A stretch of DNA of 64,000 bases, from the NCBI GenBank assembly GCA_964016885.1, contig OZ024755.1, forward strand, positions 21,576,001 through 21,640,000. Direction: 5' to 3'. The DNA is from Eledone cirrhosa (lineage: Eukaryota). Below, piece after piece: positions 28,873 to 44,174 of the stretch. The position numbers and the translations under genes were made by a program. How positions within the stretch are numbered: position 1 is the first letter of the stretch; every line of letters starts with the position of its first letter. Below the pieces are notes generated by a model. The model made no database searches and had not been told where the DNA came from. It worked only from the letters and a program-made list of their open reading frames with translations.

Positions 28873-29053
28873 GAGAGAGAGATAAATAGATAGATACATA
28901 GATAGATAAACGTGTGTGTGTGTGTTCAATGCAATAATTCTGATAGCAAACATAAACCGATGCCTTCTTGTCGCCTTCCATACGGAATCTGACAACTTGC
29001 ACAGTTCAAGAAAAGTATACTTTATTTATACACAGCTAACAATATTGGTTTAT

Positions 29054-29055
<2 letters not shown>

Positions 29056-29122
<67 letters not shown>

Positions 29123-29138
29123 CTGGTGAACATAGAGT

Positions 29139-29193
<55 letters not shown>

Positions 29194-29851
29194 CATACAC
29201 ATACATATATATACACATACATATATATATATGCATACATACATACATACATACATATATATACATACATACATATATATATTCATACATACATATACTT
29301 ACATATATATATATATATATATATACATACATACATTCATACATATACATACATATATACATATATATATATACATACATACACACACACTCACACACAC
29401 ACACACATTTATATATATATACATACACATACATATATATATATATATACATACATATATATATACATACATATATATATATGCATACATACATACATAC
29501 ATATACATACATATATATATTCATACATACATATACTTACATATATATATATATATACATACATACATTCATACATATACATACATAAATACATATATAT
29601 ATATATACACACATACACACACACTCACACATATATATATATACATACACATACATATATATATATATACATACACATATATATATATACATACATATAT
29701 ATATATGCATACATACATACATATATATATATACATACATACATACATATATTCATACATACATACATATATATATTCATACATACATATACTTACATAT
29801 ATATATATATACATACATACATACATACATACATATACACATACATACACA

Positions 29852-29920
<69 letters not shown>
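29056..29920. repeat. Compound (TA)n/(CA)n/(TACA)n low-complexity tract
   Basis: Direct reading. Confidence 0.9.
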
Positions 29921-29924
<4 letters not shown>

Positions 29925-30033
29925 TCAGGAATACTGCTGTAAATAAAAGCTCCCCCAACTGACGTTAATAGTAGCTGTGTAGTCAAAGAAAGTCTTCTGG
30001 GACCTTAGAGACTACAGCAGTAATTCCATAGCT

Positions 30034-31115
30034 TATATATCATTGCCGGACCATACCTATATATCATTGCCGGACCATACCTATATATCATTGCCGGACC
30101 ATACCTGTATATCATTGCCGGACCATACCTATATATTATTTCCGGACCATACCTATATATCATTGCCGGACCATACCTATATATTATTGCCGGACCATAC
30201 CTATATATCATTGCCGGACCATACCTATATATCATTGCCGGACCATACCTATATATCATTGCCAGACCATACCTATATATTATTTCCGGACCATACCTAT
30301 ATATCATTGCCGGATTATACCTATATATTATTGCCGGACCATACCTATATATAATTGCCAGACCATACCTATATATCATTGCCGGACCATACCTATATAT
30401 CATTGCCAGACCATACCTATATATTATTGCCGGACCATACCTATATATTATTTCCGGACCATACCTATATATCATTGTCGGATTATACCTATATATTATT
30501 GCCGGACCATACCTATATATCATTACCGGACTATACCTATATATAATTGCCAGACCATACCTATATATCATTGCCGGACCATACCTATATATCATTGCCA
30601 GACCATACCTATATATTATTGCTGGACCATACCTATATATTATTTCCGGACCATACCTATATATCATTGCCGGATTATACCTATATATTATTGCCGGACC
30701 ATACCTATATATCATTGCCGGACCTTACCTATATATCATTGCCGGACCATACCTATATATTATTGCCGGACCATACCTATATATCATTGCCGGACCATAC
30801 CTATATATCATTGCCGAACCATACCTATATATAATTGCCGGACCATACCGATATATAATTACCGGATTATACCTATATATTATTGCCGGACCATACCTAT
30901 ATATTATTGCCGGACCATACCTATATATCATTGCCAGACTATACCTATATATTATTGCCGGACCATACCTATATATCATTGCCGGACCATACCTATATAT
31001 TATTGCCGGACCATACCTATATATCATTGCCAGACTATACCTATATATTATTTCCGGACCAGACCTATATATAATTGCCGGACTACACCTATATATAATT
31101 GCCGGACCATACCTG
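30034..31115. repeat. 24-bp minisatellite, about 45 copies
   Basis: Unit ATATATCATTGCCGGACCATACCT with recurring variants. Confidence 0.95.
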
Positions 31116-31552
31116 TATTTTACGGACAATCCCTACCACTTTCATTTTAACAGGACATTGAATGAAACAAAAATTGTTTTCGAGAGCAAATGTATACATA
31201 GGAAAAAGAAAAACTTAATTAAAAGACACCTTAACTTGCGGAACCCCAGAAATTAATATTCTATTTATTTATCTATTTATAATTTTTTTTTATTTATTCA
31301 TTTTTTTTTTTTTTTTTTTTTTTTGTTGAACACTAGGTGTCGGAGGAATCCCACTTTTTATTTTTTTTTATTTTGGAAAACACTCCATCTCTAAGGTTTC
31401 ATTACACTACCTTTATATTCTGGGATTAACAACAAAAAATAATAAATAAAAGACATGGTGTAAAGGTAGCGACGACGTCGTTGGCGGCGGCAAGGTAAGT
31501 TAAATGTTTTCATGTTGTTGTTGCTGTTGTTGTTATTGTTAGTATTATTGTT

Positions 31553-31733
31553 GGCAGTATCGGTAGAGGGTCGGACGCTATGCTTTGCAGCAAAGAGTTA
31601 CGGCCCTTTATGATCTGAGTTCAAATCCCGCCGAGGTTAACTTTGCCTTTCATCCTTACGGGGTCGATAAAATAAAGTACCAGTAATACACTGGGATAAT
31701 TGCTGGCTTTGTGCCACAAGTAGAAACAATTAT
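31553..31733 (+). mobile_element. SINE family S1, well-preserved copy
   Basis: Pol III A/B-box-like motifs plus the conserved body. Other copies: 31955-32110(-), 36620-36808(-), 43170-43375(-), 49610-49680(+), 54315-54520(-), 55535-56040(-, three), 62487-62580(-), 62690-62825(+), 63772-63958(-). Confidence 0.8.
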
Positions 31734-32481
31734 TATTACTGTGGTTACTGTTGCAGTTGTGAGGTCCTATCATATTTTGTGTATAAACACAACCACAAGG
31801 GTATGGTCCGAACGTGGACGAGCCGAACTCCCACTGTCATCGTCGTCTTCTCTCTCGCACTCCCCCATCTCTCTGTGTAGTGAGCAAATGGGGTCCCACG
31901 TGCTGGCCTCCCCACAGCCCCGGCGGACAGAATGGAGATTAGACAAAAAGATTGGTTTCTGATTTAGGCACAAGGCCAACAATTTTTTGGGGGGAGAGGA
32001 AAGTAAACCAAATCGACCCAGTGCATTGCTGGTACGTCATTTTATCGATCCCGTAAGGATAAAAGGCAAAGCTAACCTCGACAGGATTTGAACTCAGATC
32101 GTAAAGGGGCATCATTAGACAAAAGATTACTATCACAACAACCACATCACAGATTTTACTATCAAGTTTACTCTTCAAACTTATCTCACACGCTTATAGT
32201 TTGTTGGGTTTTTTTTTACATTTTAAATGCACGTTTCTAGGGGGAGTTTTTCTCTAGTAATTGCTTGGATAATTTTAGTTCATCGAAGGTTTACCAAACA
32301 GTACTTATATAAAATGAAAGCTGAGGGTGACAACTTTGGATAGTTATATATATATATTGTTTTGTTTTTTTTTTCTTTTCTTATGACAGGCCGAATGGGT
32401 TGGGGTCCAGAACCCAATTATTTACACTAAACTCCTCCTATGGACTGAGTGCTCTTGGCTATTTCTACCAAACTTTTACTA

Positions 32482-32599
<118 letters not shown>

Positions 32600-32874
32600 A
32601 GGAGGTGAGTTTTATTGTAGTACAATAAAGCAATGCAGATATCGGATAAGAAGCACTCTACAGTTTGTAGGACTGGAGTATACATAATATAAGATCAAAA
32701 GATGGTTAAAGGAGTTCCATGTATTTTATTATGCGCATTTCAAAAACAAACATCATCATGCAATAATATTTGTGTTTTCATCAGATGAAAACACAAATAT
32801 TATTGCATGATGATGTTTGTTTTTGAAATGCGCATAATAAAATACATGGAACTCCTTTAACCATCTTTTGATCT

Positions 32875-32922
<48 letters not shown>

Positions 32923-34044
32923 CGAAGGAAATGTGGTAAGGAACCAGGTGGACCATAACGCACCAAAGTACTCAATACTTAGGGTAGTAGAGTGGGTAAT
33001 AGGAACGAGTAGGATCCCGACGGCTGGGCTCAAGCCGTTTCGATGGCTAATTCTGGACGTCGAAACGGCTTGAATTTTAAATATAACTTTCCACATATAT
33101 TTATATATATATATTTATATATATATATTATTCAAAATATTAATAAATGAAAAATATTCTCATAACCAAAATATATATTTTATTATACATATTTCAAAGG
33201 TTCGATGGTGTTTCAGTACAATTTCATCAGATAAAATATATGAGGGATTGGATATGCGACATACGGCTAAGATTTTTATTATTCAATTCCTGTAGTGGTA
33301 GTAATTTATTTCACCAACCCTCAACATTTTTATACCACAAATATGATAAACTTAGAGAAGAAGAGGACGTAAAGCAAGGTAAAATTATAGAAGGGCAGTT
33401 GAAAGGGAAGATGTGAAGAAGAAAAAAGAAGGGAAATAAAGAAAAGAAGAAAAGGGAAGATGCAAAGAGAAAAGAAGGGAAATAAAGAAAACGAAGAAAA
33501 GGAAAAGGAAAGGATAAAATAAAGGGAAGAATAAAAAACCCGTTGTATTCAAATGCTAGACAAAATACAAAATTAAAAATTTTCCATAATATTTATCAGT
33601 GAATACCGCTTGTATTGGATTACGCTTTAGTTAATTATAAGTTTATATTATATCCAGATTATTAGGCATAGATTAATTTCTATAGCAATCAAATATTTAA
33701 GTTAATTACAAATTTATATGCTTAAATTAATTTAATTTAATTTAGCTCATTCTAGATTATAACAATGTTTTATTATAAGGTAAGATATTCTATTAATATT
33801 CTACATTAAAACAATTTATCTTTAATGCCTAATTAAATTACTCTCCATAAATTTTATTTCACTTAATGAATGGTTATATTTACTTCTATATTTAATTATT
33901 CTAATATATATAGTTTAATTTTAATGATAGTCAATGTATTAATAAACTATTAATTATTATTTATTAATCTATTTATTAATCGAACTCACAGCCTCAAGAT
34001 TGTGAATCCAATTATCTAACCACTCAGCCACACGCCTTCACCTA

Positions 34045-34098
<54 letters not shown>

Positions 34099-34146
34099 CA
34101 CACACACACACATATATATATTATATATATATATAATACATATTGG

Positions 34147-34365
34147 TGAAGGCGTGTGACTGAGTGGTTAGATAATTGGATTCACAATCTTGAGGCTGTG
34201 AGTTCGATTCCTGGACCGGGCGATGCGTTATCTCCTTGAGCAAGACACTTTATTTCACGTTGCTCCTTCTACCTGGAGTTGCGACCGATAGATAGTATTA
34301 GCAATTGGAAAGACCAACGGAAACATTGTTTCCTCGGTCCGATTTGACGAAAGTCGATCGATCGG
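34147..34365 (+). mobile_element. tRNA-derived SINE family S2 with CORE-like CCTTGAGCAAGACACTT segment
   Basis: GTGTGACTGAGTGGTTAG A box and GAGTTCGATTCC B box. Copies at 6828-7000(-), 11040-11290(+), 33980-34043(-), 39452-39700(+) and 60238-60387(-). Confidence 0.75.
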
Positions 34366-34514
34366 TTTTCTTGTTAGTCAGGTAACTAATCCATTACTCT
34401 GTAAGTTTAGTAATTGAATGTTTATATAGTTGTTAAAGATCTTTCGTCACACCCCCTATGGCCTTCTCAATGTCCGTTCTCACTCCTCTGTGTCTTCTCT
34501 TCCTTTTGGATTTT

Positions 34515-34622
<108 letters not shown>

Positions 34623-34649
34623 GTATGTATATATATATATATATATAGG

Positions 34650-35056
34650 GAGAGATGACCCCTTAGCCTTTGTCAAGGCAGAATTCTAGGAGAAGGAAAA
34701 CTCTGATATAACACCTGCAACCCTGTTGGTATCCAATGATGTTGACTTATTCTTCTTTTTGGTAAATATCATCTTGGTTAAGAGAGTGGGACTGGCTTTG
34801 TGCAGTGCCTTTGCTCACTATAAAAGCTTCACAGCACAGGCATTGCTTTATATCTGGAGATCTCTCTGCACTTGTCGTCACATGGTACCATGGGCCCAGC
34901 ACTATGTGTCAATAATTTTCACAAGTGTAGTGTTTGTACCAGAGTTTTCAAGTCTCTGACTGGACTAAAAAGTCACACTTGTTCAGCGCATTGGTAGGGG
35001 TTCGCCTACATGGATATAAAGTAGTGGCCGTACTCGAAAACGAGTTGGCAGCCACC

Positions 35057-35058
<2 letters not shown>
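34650..35058 (+). mobile_element. Non-autonomous retroelement of about 410 bp with a 3' stem-loop
   Basis: A close inverted copy lies at 44755-45160 and a short copy at 52945-53030. It ends TGGCCGTACTCGAAAACGAGTTGGCAGCCACCAT plus microsatellite. The 5' part GGAGAAGGAAAACTCTGA resembles RTE 5' UTRs. Confidence 0.65.
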
Positions 35059-35139
<81 letters not shown>

Positions 35140-35975
35140 TTTATAGTGTGTTGGTGTGTAATGTTTAGCTACTGATGGTTCATCAATTTGAGCACTATCA
35201 TGTGGGTCCAGCTACCGATGTTGTTCCAGTATACTCAGCTGAAAATGGGTACCAGCAATAGGTGGGGGTTAGCCCTGCGATGGACTAGCGTTTTGTCCAT
35301 GGGGCAGGGGAGTCTTGTATTCTCAGTCACTTCACGCCACGAAAACCAGGAATAGCACCTGCCTAATGAACCGTCAGACTGAGACAGACTTTGACCCGGC
35401 GATGGACTGGTGCCCTATCCAGGGCGGACTCTTGTACTCTCAGTCGCTTAACAGTGGTCTGATGAACCTTCGGGTTCGATACAGACTTTAGAAATTTAGA
35501 AACTTTGTTGACATCAGTTGAATAGATTTTACACGTAATTCAAAAATCCCACCTTGTCATATATTGTGTCACACTGATTTGGCCTTAACATCACATTAAG
35601 GGTAGAAATAATTATGGGATACTCAACCATATTCACGTTAATTTAGCGAGTTGGTAGGTCAGTGGAATGCTCATCGTGGAAAACGACGGAAGATTGTCAT
35701 ATTTTAGGACCTCCGTCAGTTTCGTTGGTAAGTATTTCAATTGTTTCCGTCAACGGAACGGCCTGTTAGTCAGATTAATATGTCGGTGGTCAATTATCGC
35801 ACAGACACGTGTAGCCGTAATATAATTCTCAAGGAGATTCTGCATGACTCAGCGTGTGACAAGGCCCTCCATCTTACAGCCCATTCGGCACGATTCCAAA
35901 CTGTTTCCCATTTTCCGACTGACAAAATTCACTTGCAAGACATGGGTCTGCCCGAGGCTATGGTAACATACGCGA

Positions 35976-36034
<59 letters not shown>

Positions 36035-36035
<1 letters not shown>

Positions 36036-36116
36036 TCTGACGAGAGTTTATCTTTTCAATGGAAGGCCGCAAGGACTGTCCATTTATTTTTGAGACTCGA
36101 AACCGATTCGGTAAAG
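36035..36116 (+). ncRNA. Type I hammerhead ribozyme with extended stem II
   Basis: CTGACGA-GAGTTT...AGACTC-GAAA-CCGAtTCGG-TA. The element sits between (TA)n tracts, with about 75 nt to the downstream tract. The 5' strand of stem I is truncated by the upstream (TA)n. Confidence 0.7.
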
Positions 36117-36185
36117 GTAACCATAGTGAGTACAGTGAATTTTAAAAAATTTATTTTGAAACATTTTCTTATTTGCTAAACCTTG

Positions 36186-36252
<67 letters not shown>

Positions 36253-38586
36253 ACTTGTAACTCTCAGGAACCTTGGAAACAAAGAAGCTCAAAAAACAAA
36301 CTTTATTTGTATGGATATGGTTATAATTTATGTAAAAGGTTAAAGCTTTTTTAACTGTTTTCTATACTCATTTCCGCCGAACAACAAGTTTCCACTCGTG
36401 TCGACAGATGTTGGGTGACGAACTGAATCTACTCTTTCTAAATCTTCCAATCTTATTTCTTCATTTTGTTTTTCTCAATACCTCTGCATGTGAGAATGCT
36501 TTCAAAATATATTATCGATCGTAACAAACCGAAAACATGTCCAAATTTGGAAGGAATAAAGTTTGTCTGTAGAGCAATTTATGCGAGAGATTCTTATAGC
36601 CACTGATATAAAGTATAATAATTGTTTCTACTTTTGGCACAAGGCCATCAATTACCCAGTACATCACTGGTACTTTATTTTATCGACCCCGTAAGGATGA
36701 AAGGCAAAGTTAACCTCGGCGGGATTTGAACTCAGACCGTAAAGGGACGTAACTATGCTGGAAAGCATGGCGTCCGACTCTCTACCGATACTGCCAATCC
36801 ACACCCGTATAAAGTATAATAAGGGTAAGAAACGCTCAGGAGTATTGGACAGCTGAAGGTCTTTAGAGAAGAAAGTGCCCTCCCCACTCCTGCAATGTTT
36901 CAGCTCTTAATTTCTGACTGAAGGGTTTTTTCCATATTCTTTTTCAATCTATCTGCATAGTGGACCCTGCTATCTGCTCTAATTCCTCCATGGGGGTCTG
37001 TAGTAGATTACTCACTAATACAAACGTGATTTTGTCTCCGTAACAACCCTAACGTCTTCTAAGCAAACAACATTAGTTTCTTTCGTGAACAAGCTGAAGT
37101 GTTTAACAAAACTAACAGACAAGACACTAATAACAGTAAAAGTGACAAAATCCTGATTCGCCTGCTTCTATTATAATTTAAATTATCTGAGTAATAATAG
37201 CAATGGCGCTTCGAAAGCAGGTTTGAATTACTGTTGGGGTATTTGGACAGAAGAAATGCCGTAGAAAAGTTACACGACAATTACGCTGGTTAGCAAACGC
37301 AAACCATCTTAAGCTGTTTACTTCAAAGCAAACGATGGTGTGAAATGAATGGCGAATGTACCAAATGGCATATGATGGAATCGATCGAAGTACACACGTA
37401 AAAGATAAGATAAAATAGAATGAAGAGACTATTGGAAAGTCGTGACCCCATGAATACATCGCATCTAAAGGCAAATTGTTCAATTGTTCATTCTGCATAT
37501 TATTTCGCTTATAATGGCAGATCAGTCTGATCACATTGACTTACTGGTAATTCAAAAGAAAAATGGTATTGGCATTATAATTGAACTACATTCCACAGAG
37601 ATAATTAATTCAATTCTATAGCAATTCACATGCAAATGAAATTTTACCATCATGCTAAACAGATAATTGGCAAAAATGTTTGTTCTGTTCTCATTGAAAA
37701 ATCAACAAGCTCAAGCAATATGACGACCCTATTAGTTTATTTGAAATATGAAAATGATAAGGAAAGGGACTCTCAATATACAGTTTTAAACCGAATTATA
37801 CTTGCTTTTTGACAAAGCTACAACTAATATTAAACGTCTATTGATTTCTCTCATCAATCATGGGTTTCGTGGCGTTTATTTGAACTTCATCCACAGATTC
37901 GTCCTAGTTTATCAACAATTTCCAATATCGCGCGTCTTCCTCACCGTCCTGCTGAGCAATTTCTTCTCCTTCCTGTTCGCCAGGTTCCACTAGGCAGACT
38001 GAGGTGGGCTGACCTTTAATCTGCATTGATAGACTTGAAGGCAGTTACACCAATGTTGTTTTTCACAACAACTGTCAAAGTAGGAAACAGCTAAACTAAG
38101 CATGAAAGCATTTCTAAAAAAAAAAATAAAAAAAATAAAAAACCCCACCAAACACGTGTTTCTCAATGAAATATACTGTCCATGTGTTTAAATTAATTTT
38201 TTCGTATTGTAACTTCACAATAACAACCTTGAAAGGCTCAAATTTCTGGAGATCAAAGTATGTATAAATCCCTTGTAAATCAAAATTGTGTTCTCGATAA
38301 AGGTTACTTACTGGCCTGTTGAAATACCACTTAATTATAGAGAGGCTATATTATCACCTCTCGGCAAGAGATTTAAATCTTTCTTTTTCTTTAATAAACA
38401 TTTTCAGAGATTATACGGTTTCAGCTGGATTTTCACATTTTATTTCATTTTATTTTAATTTCCGCCAGTACTTTCTTATCTCTCGACCTTGCTTTAGGTG
38501 AAGATCAACATGGCGACGTTATCTAGCGACTATTTCATTGGAATTTGATTGACTAATCTGTTATCTGTGCACAATTCTACACACTG

Positions 38587-38640
<54 letters not shown>

Positions 38641-39109
38641 CTTAGTCTTTAACCCTTCACTTCCTATCGTTTATAATTTTTATCCTTTATCTTTTCTTTT
38701 TACTTGTTATTCTCTAGATTTTAGCTTTTCTCCATTCTTTATCATCAATGTTATTATACTTTCTATTATTATACACGATGCTATATTCAGTATATCTATG
38801 TATTTATTTATACATTCATCTCTACCTTTATCTATTTATCATCTATCCATCTATATATATACATCTATTTATTTATCCATCTATTTATCTGTCTCTATAT
38901 ACATCTATTTATACATCCACCTATCTATCCATCTATCAATCTATCTATTTATCATCTATCCATCTATATATCCATCTATTTATACATCTATTTATCTATC
39001 CATCTATTTACATATATATATATATCTATCTATTTACTATCTATCTATCTATTAATACATTTATTTACGATCTATCCATCTATTTATCGATCTAGCTATG
39101 ACAGTTCAT

Positions 39110-39380
39110 ATTGAACCTTAAGTCACACACTAATTTTGATTCAGGGATAGTAATCCCTTCTGTTCCAGAGTATCTTTGTTGTATTGTGTTTATGTTGGGA
39201 GATAGCGGAGGACCTAAAACTTTCCGGAAATATAATTGCAGCCCATTTGTATATGGCATCTAGATCTCGCTGTCGAAAGTGGTTTCAACCGGACTCTAAA
39301 CTACCTGTGATATCTTCGTATCGTCAGCATAGGTAGTAAGACTGGTCACCTGTACAATCGAGGAAATATATGAGAGCTAG
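39110..39380 (-). mobile_element. Degraded CR1/L2-group LINE RT fragment
   Basis: Minus strand translates to LTTYADDTKISQ...QRDLDAIYKWA (YADD motif) with an internal stop. Confidence 0.7.
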
Positions 39381-40432
39381 AAATGGTGATTAGAATTGTC
39401 ACAAAACCAAAGATCACTTCATTTGGATTTGTTTAATTCCTTCTTTAGTAAAGGTACGTGGTTTAGTGGTTAAAGAATTGGATTCATAATCGTGAGGTTG
39501 CGAGGTCGATTTCCGGACCGGATGATGTGTTATGTTCTTGGGCAAGACACAAGACACTTTATTTCACGTTGCTCCTTCTGCCGGGAGTTACAACCGGTAG
39601 ATAGTATCAGCAACTGGAAAGACCAATGGACACATTGGTTCCTTGGTCTGATCTGACGAGCTCCAGCTCATTCGGTAACTGAATGAAGTCTTTGATCTTC
39701 ATTCAATCACATGTCAAATCCATTCGTGATTTCCTTTAATCGAACTTAAATCTCGAAAACGGGAGAGAAACAGAAAAAAAACAAAATATTTTCTGACGTG
39801 ATGTGCTGAATTTGCAAAAAATTCAAGATCTACATAGAATTTCCTGAGTTTCGATTTAAACCTATACCCTATTTGAATGAATTAAAGCATTTTCTATTAT
39901 TCCTACAATACATCTTATGTTGATTATTTTAATGAAAGTTCTCGACAATTTTTTTTTTATTTCAAGAGTGTCACTAGGTTCGTTCAATCATCTTATACAA
40001 CAGCTCAGCTCAATACAAATGGTCTCTCGCCGTTCTAAAATATCTTACGTTTACATGTCATATAGATAGGCATAACTATGTGAAATGCTTACCAATATTT
40101 CGAAGACTGGAATTCATATATCTTTCGAAACCTAGGTAAGAGAATATATATGGTTTTTGAATGAAAGAAAGAATGAAAGAAATTAAATTTTCCATTAATA
40201 CACTTGTTTAAATATATATATATTTAGGGACCTTGAGTTGATCAATAACGAAGCGCGCCTTACTACTCAATAAACGCAATGAAGACATAGCAAATCGTCC
40301 TTTTTATTATTATTATCATATAATATATCACCTTCTTCTCACCCGTCTATTTTTCACTCGCACCCTAGTATCATCAACATTTTTCCAATTCCAACCCACC
40401 CGTCCCCTCAATTTATCTTATTTCTCATTCTT

Positions 40433-40468
40433 TCTTCTGATGAAGGACTAGCGTCCGGAACGTTAAGA
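40433..40468 (+). ncRNA. Minimal type I hammerhead motif
   Basis: TCTT-CTGATGA-AGGActagcgTCC-GGAA-CG-TT-AAGA. The sister copy at 46039 retains canonical CGAAACGTTA. (CA)n lies about 90 nt downstream. Confidence 0.6.
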
Positions 40469-40557
40469 CCCTCTTCCTGTTATTTCTAGCGTTAACCTAA
40501 TATATTCCTTCCATATACTGTACCGATTGTGTTGCTATTTCTGTTTACCTTTTACAT

Positions 40558-40674
<117 letters not shown>

Positions 40675-41644
40675 AGAGTATTGAAGTTTGCTTGAAGCAT
40701 TGTGGAATAATAAGATTTATTTTCTTTTGGTCGCTTTGGAAGCCTCACCAATGCAGATGGGTAATTCTCCGGGTAACAGGATCCGGTGGTGAAGAGAGAG
40801 ATGTAAGGGAATGTAGAATGAGATTTATAGTGTGTAGAGGAACGTAGGAAAGAGCGAAAAAAATAAAAATAATAACACGAGATAGAGTTACCTTGGGAGA
40901 GATTTAATTGTCCCTATATTTCGGATTCGCATCCATCAACTGGGGGGGTTTCCGGGGGGGGGGGGTTATCTTATCTGTCGGAGAGGAACGGTACGTGTCC
41001 TCTGCTGTTCGTTGTTTTGACTAACTGAGGTATTCAGCAGAGCGCGCGTGCGCGTGGAATAAGTCTGGTCAAGCAAAGGTCGACGGTCGAAGTAGTTCTT
41101 TTAATTGTGGGAGTGGGGTGGCGTTAGCTGTCAATCCATTGTACTATCTACCTGTGCTGGTTTCTGTATTAGCAGTGTAGTATATTCGTATGGTAGTAGT
41201 ATAACAAAATACTGAATTGTATGAATACAACAAAACACTAGGTTGTGTATATAACGTTTAATTAACAAGTTGAGGTTATGTAGAACAGTATAGTTGACAT
41301 GTCAATGAGTAGTAGATGAAAGAATGAAGTAAAGTTATTTGTTACCGTTTTGAAGTTAGCTCGCAAGAGACCATGTTAGGGATGCCAGACGAACGCGCCT
41401 GGCCGAAGGGCCAGGCAGGTTAGAAGGCCAAGAGCCGAAAGGCAAAATGAGAGGTAGAGAGCTGAAAGTTATTCCCTTTATAGGTCCTGGGACGGAAGTG
41501 ACAAAAAGGGCTCTGCCACCCCAACGGGAAGTAACTCCAGCTACTTCCTGTCTAGAGGGCGTTACTCTATTGGTGATGTGATCGTCACAACAAGGGAGGC
41601 AACTCTTGCTACAGTAGTATTCGTTTGCCTGGTCGGTGGAATGC

Positions 41645-41757
<113 letters not shown>

Positions 41758-41929
41758 GTTGTTGTCTCGTTTGTTTACACCAACCACCTCATTTCGCTTC
41801 TCTCGGATCGGTTATTTATTTGTGGCCCTAGGCGTTTGAACCAAAGCGCTTCCTTGATTCGTAACGTGCGACGTTGCGTTCTGTCGCTTGACAATGGGCC
41901 TTCCGTCTTTGTTTCCGCATCAAGGAGCA

Positions 41930-42999
<1,070 letters not shown>

Positions 43000-43966
43000 C
43001 ATGTTTGTACGTCGATATGTATATATTTGATCGAAAAAAATAGATGTGTGTGTTTTATAATGAATATATCAATGTGTATGAATACGTAAAAACTAAATTT
43101 CTGACGGAGGAATGGTACGAACCGTCACCGATATATTTGATTGATTTTACGTTTTATTTGATTTACTATAATTGTTTCTAATCTAGGCACAAGGTCAACA
43201 ACTTTGTGGGGCGGGGGGGAGTCGAGTAAAACGACTCCAGTGCATTACTGGTACTTTATTTTATCGACCCACGTAAAGGTGAAAGATAAAGTTAACCTCG
43301 GTGCGATTTGAATTCAGAAAGTAAAGGGACATAACTATATGCCCCCAAAACATGTTGACCCATGTGCTACCAATATGGCAAGATTTCACAGCTCTAGCAT
43401 CACTCCTACATAGTCAGCTTACGAAGTTTCCAGTCGACCCTTGTAGTAACAAACTAACGCAAAAAGCAACACTTACAATGTGATTTAAACTGCTACCACT
43501 ATTCGAATAAAACATATTTTTTATCGACTCTTGGATACCCCATAGACTAGATTCTAGTGAAGAGGTAATAATATAGTGTTGGCATAATTCTTAAATTTTT
43601 TATTATACAGACAAAAATACAGAATTACGAGAAAATGCAAAAAAAGTATTCCTTTTTCTCGAATATTTTCATTTCGTCAAACACGTTTTTAAGGAACATA
43701 ATTTATAAATATATCATTATAAGTATTTTCACATTTTCGACTATTACTAAAAAAAATAGCCTCACTTACGAAACTCCTTCACAAATACAACAACTAGACA
43801 CGAATTATATACTTTTTGAATAACTTAATATTTCCTTTCATTGAATACTCTTTTTTTTTTTACAGTTATCGAGATATAAATATCAATTTTAATATTTTCA
43901 TACTTTCAAGTGCCACGATAGACAATCACTCATTTGAAGATACAAACATATACACATACACACATA

Positions 43967-44060
<94 letters not shown>

Positions 44061-44174
44061 TTTTATATAAACACACTCAGATACATAAATACATACATAC
44101 ATGCATGCATACATACATACATACATACATACATACATACATACATACATACATACATACATACATACATACAT

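Noticed and set aside
37020-38100. Unique-looking stretch that might be a decayed transposase or exon
   Set aside because: No recognisable motif or consistent reading frame was found.
41279-41592. Possible solo LTR (TG...CA ends, TATA-like motif on minus)
   Set aside because: No target-site duplication, second copy, primer-binding site or polypurine tract was found, so support is insufficient.
43098-43140. Additional hammerhead-like strings (CTGACGG...GAAC here; also near 14156, 21760 and 22577)
   Set aside because: Cores and stems are too degenerate to distinguish from chance in AT-rich DNA.
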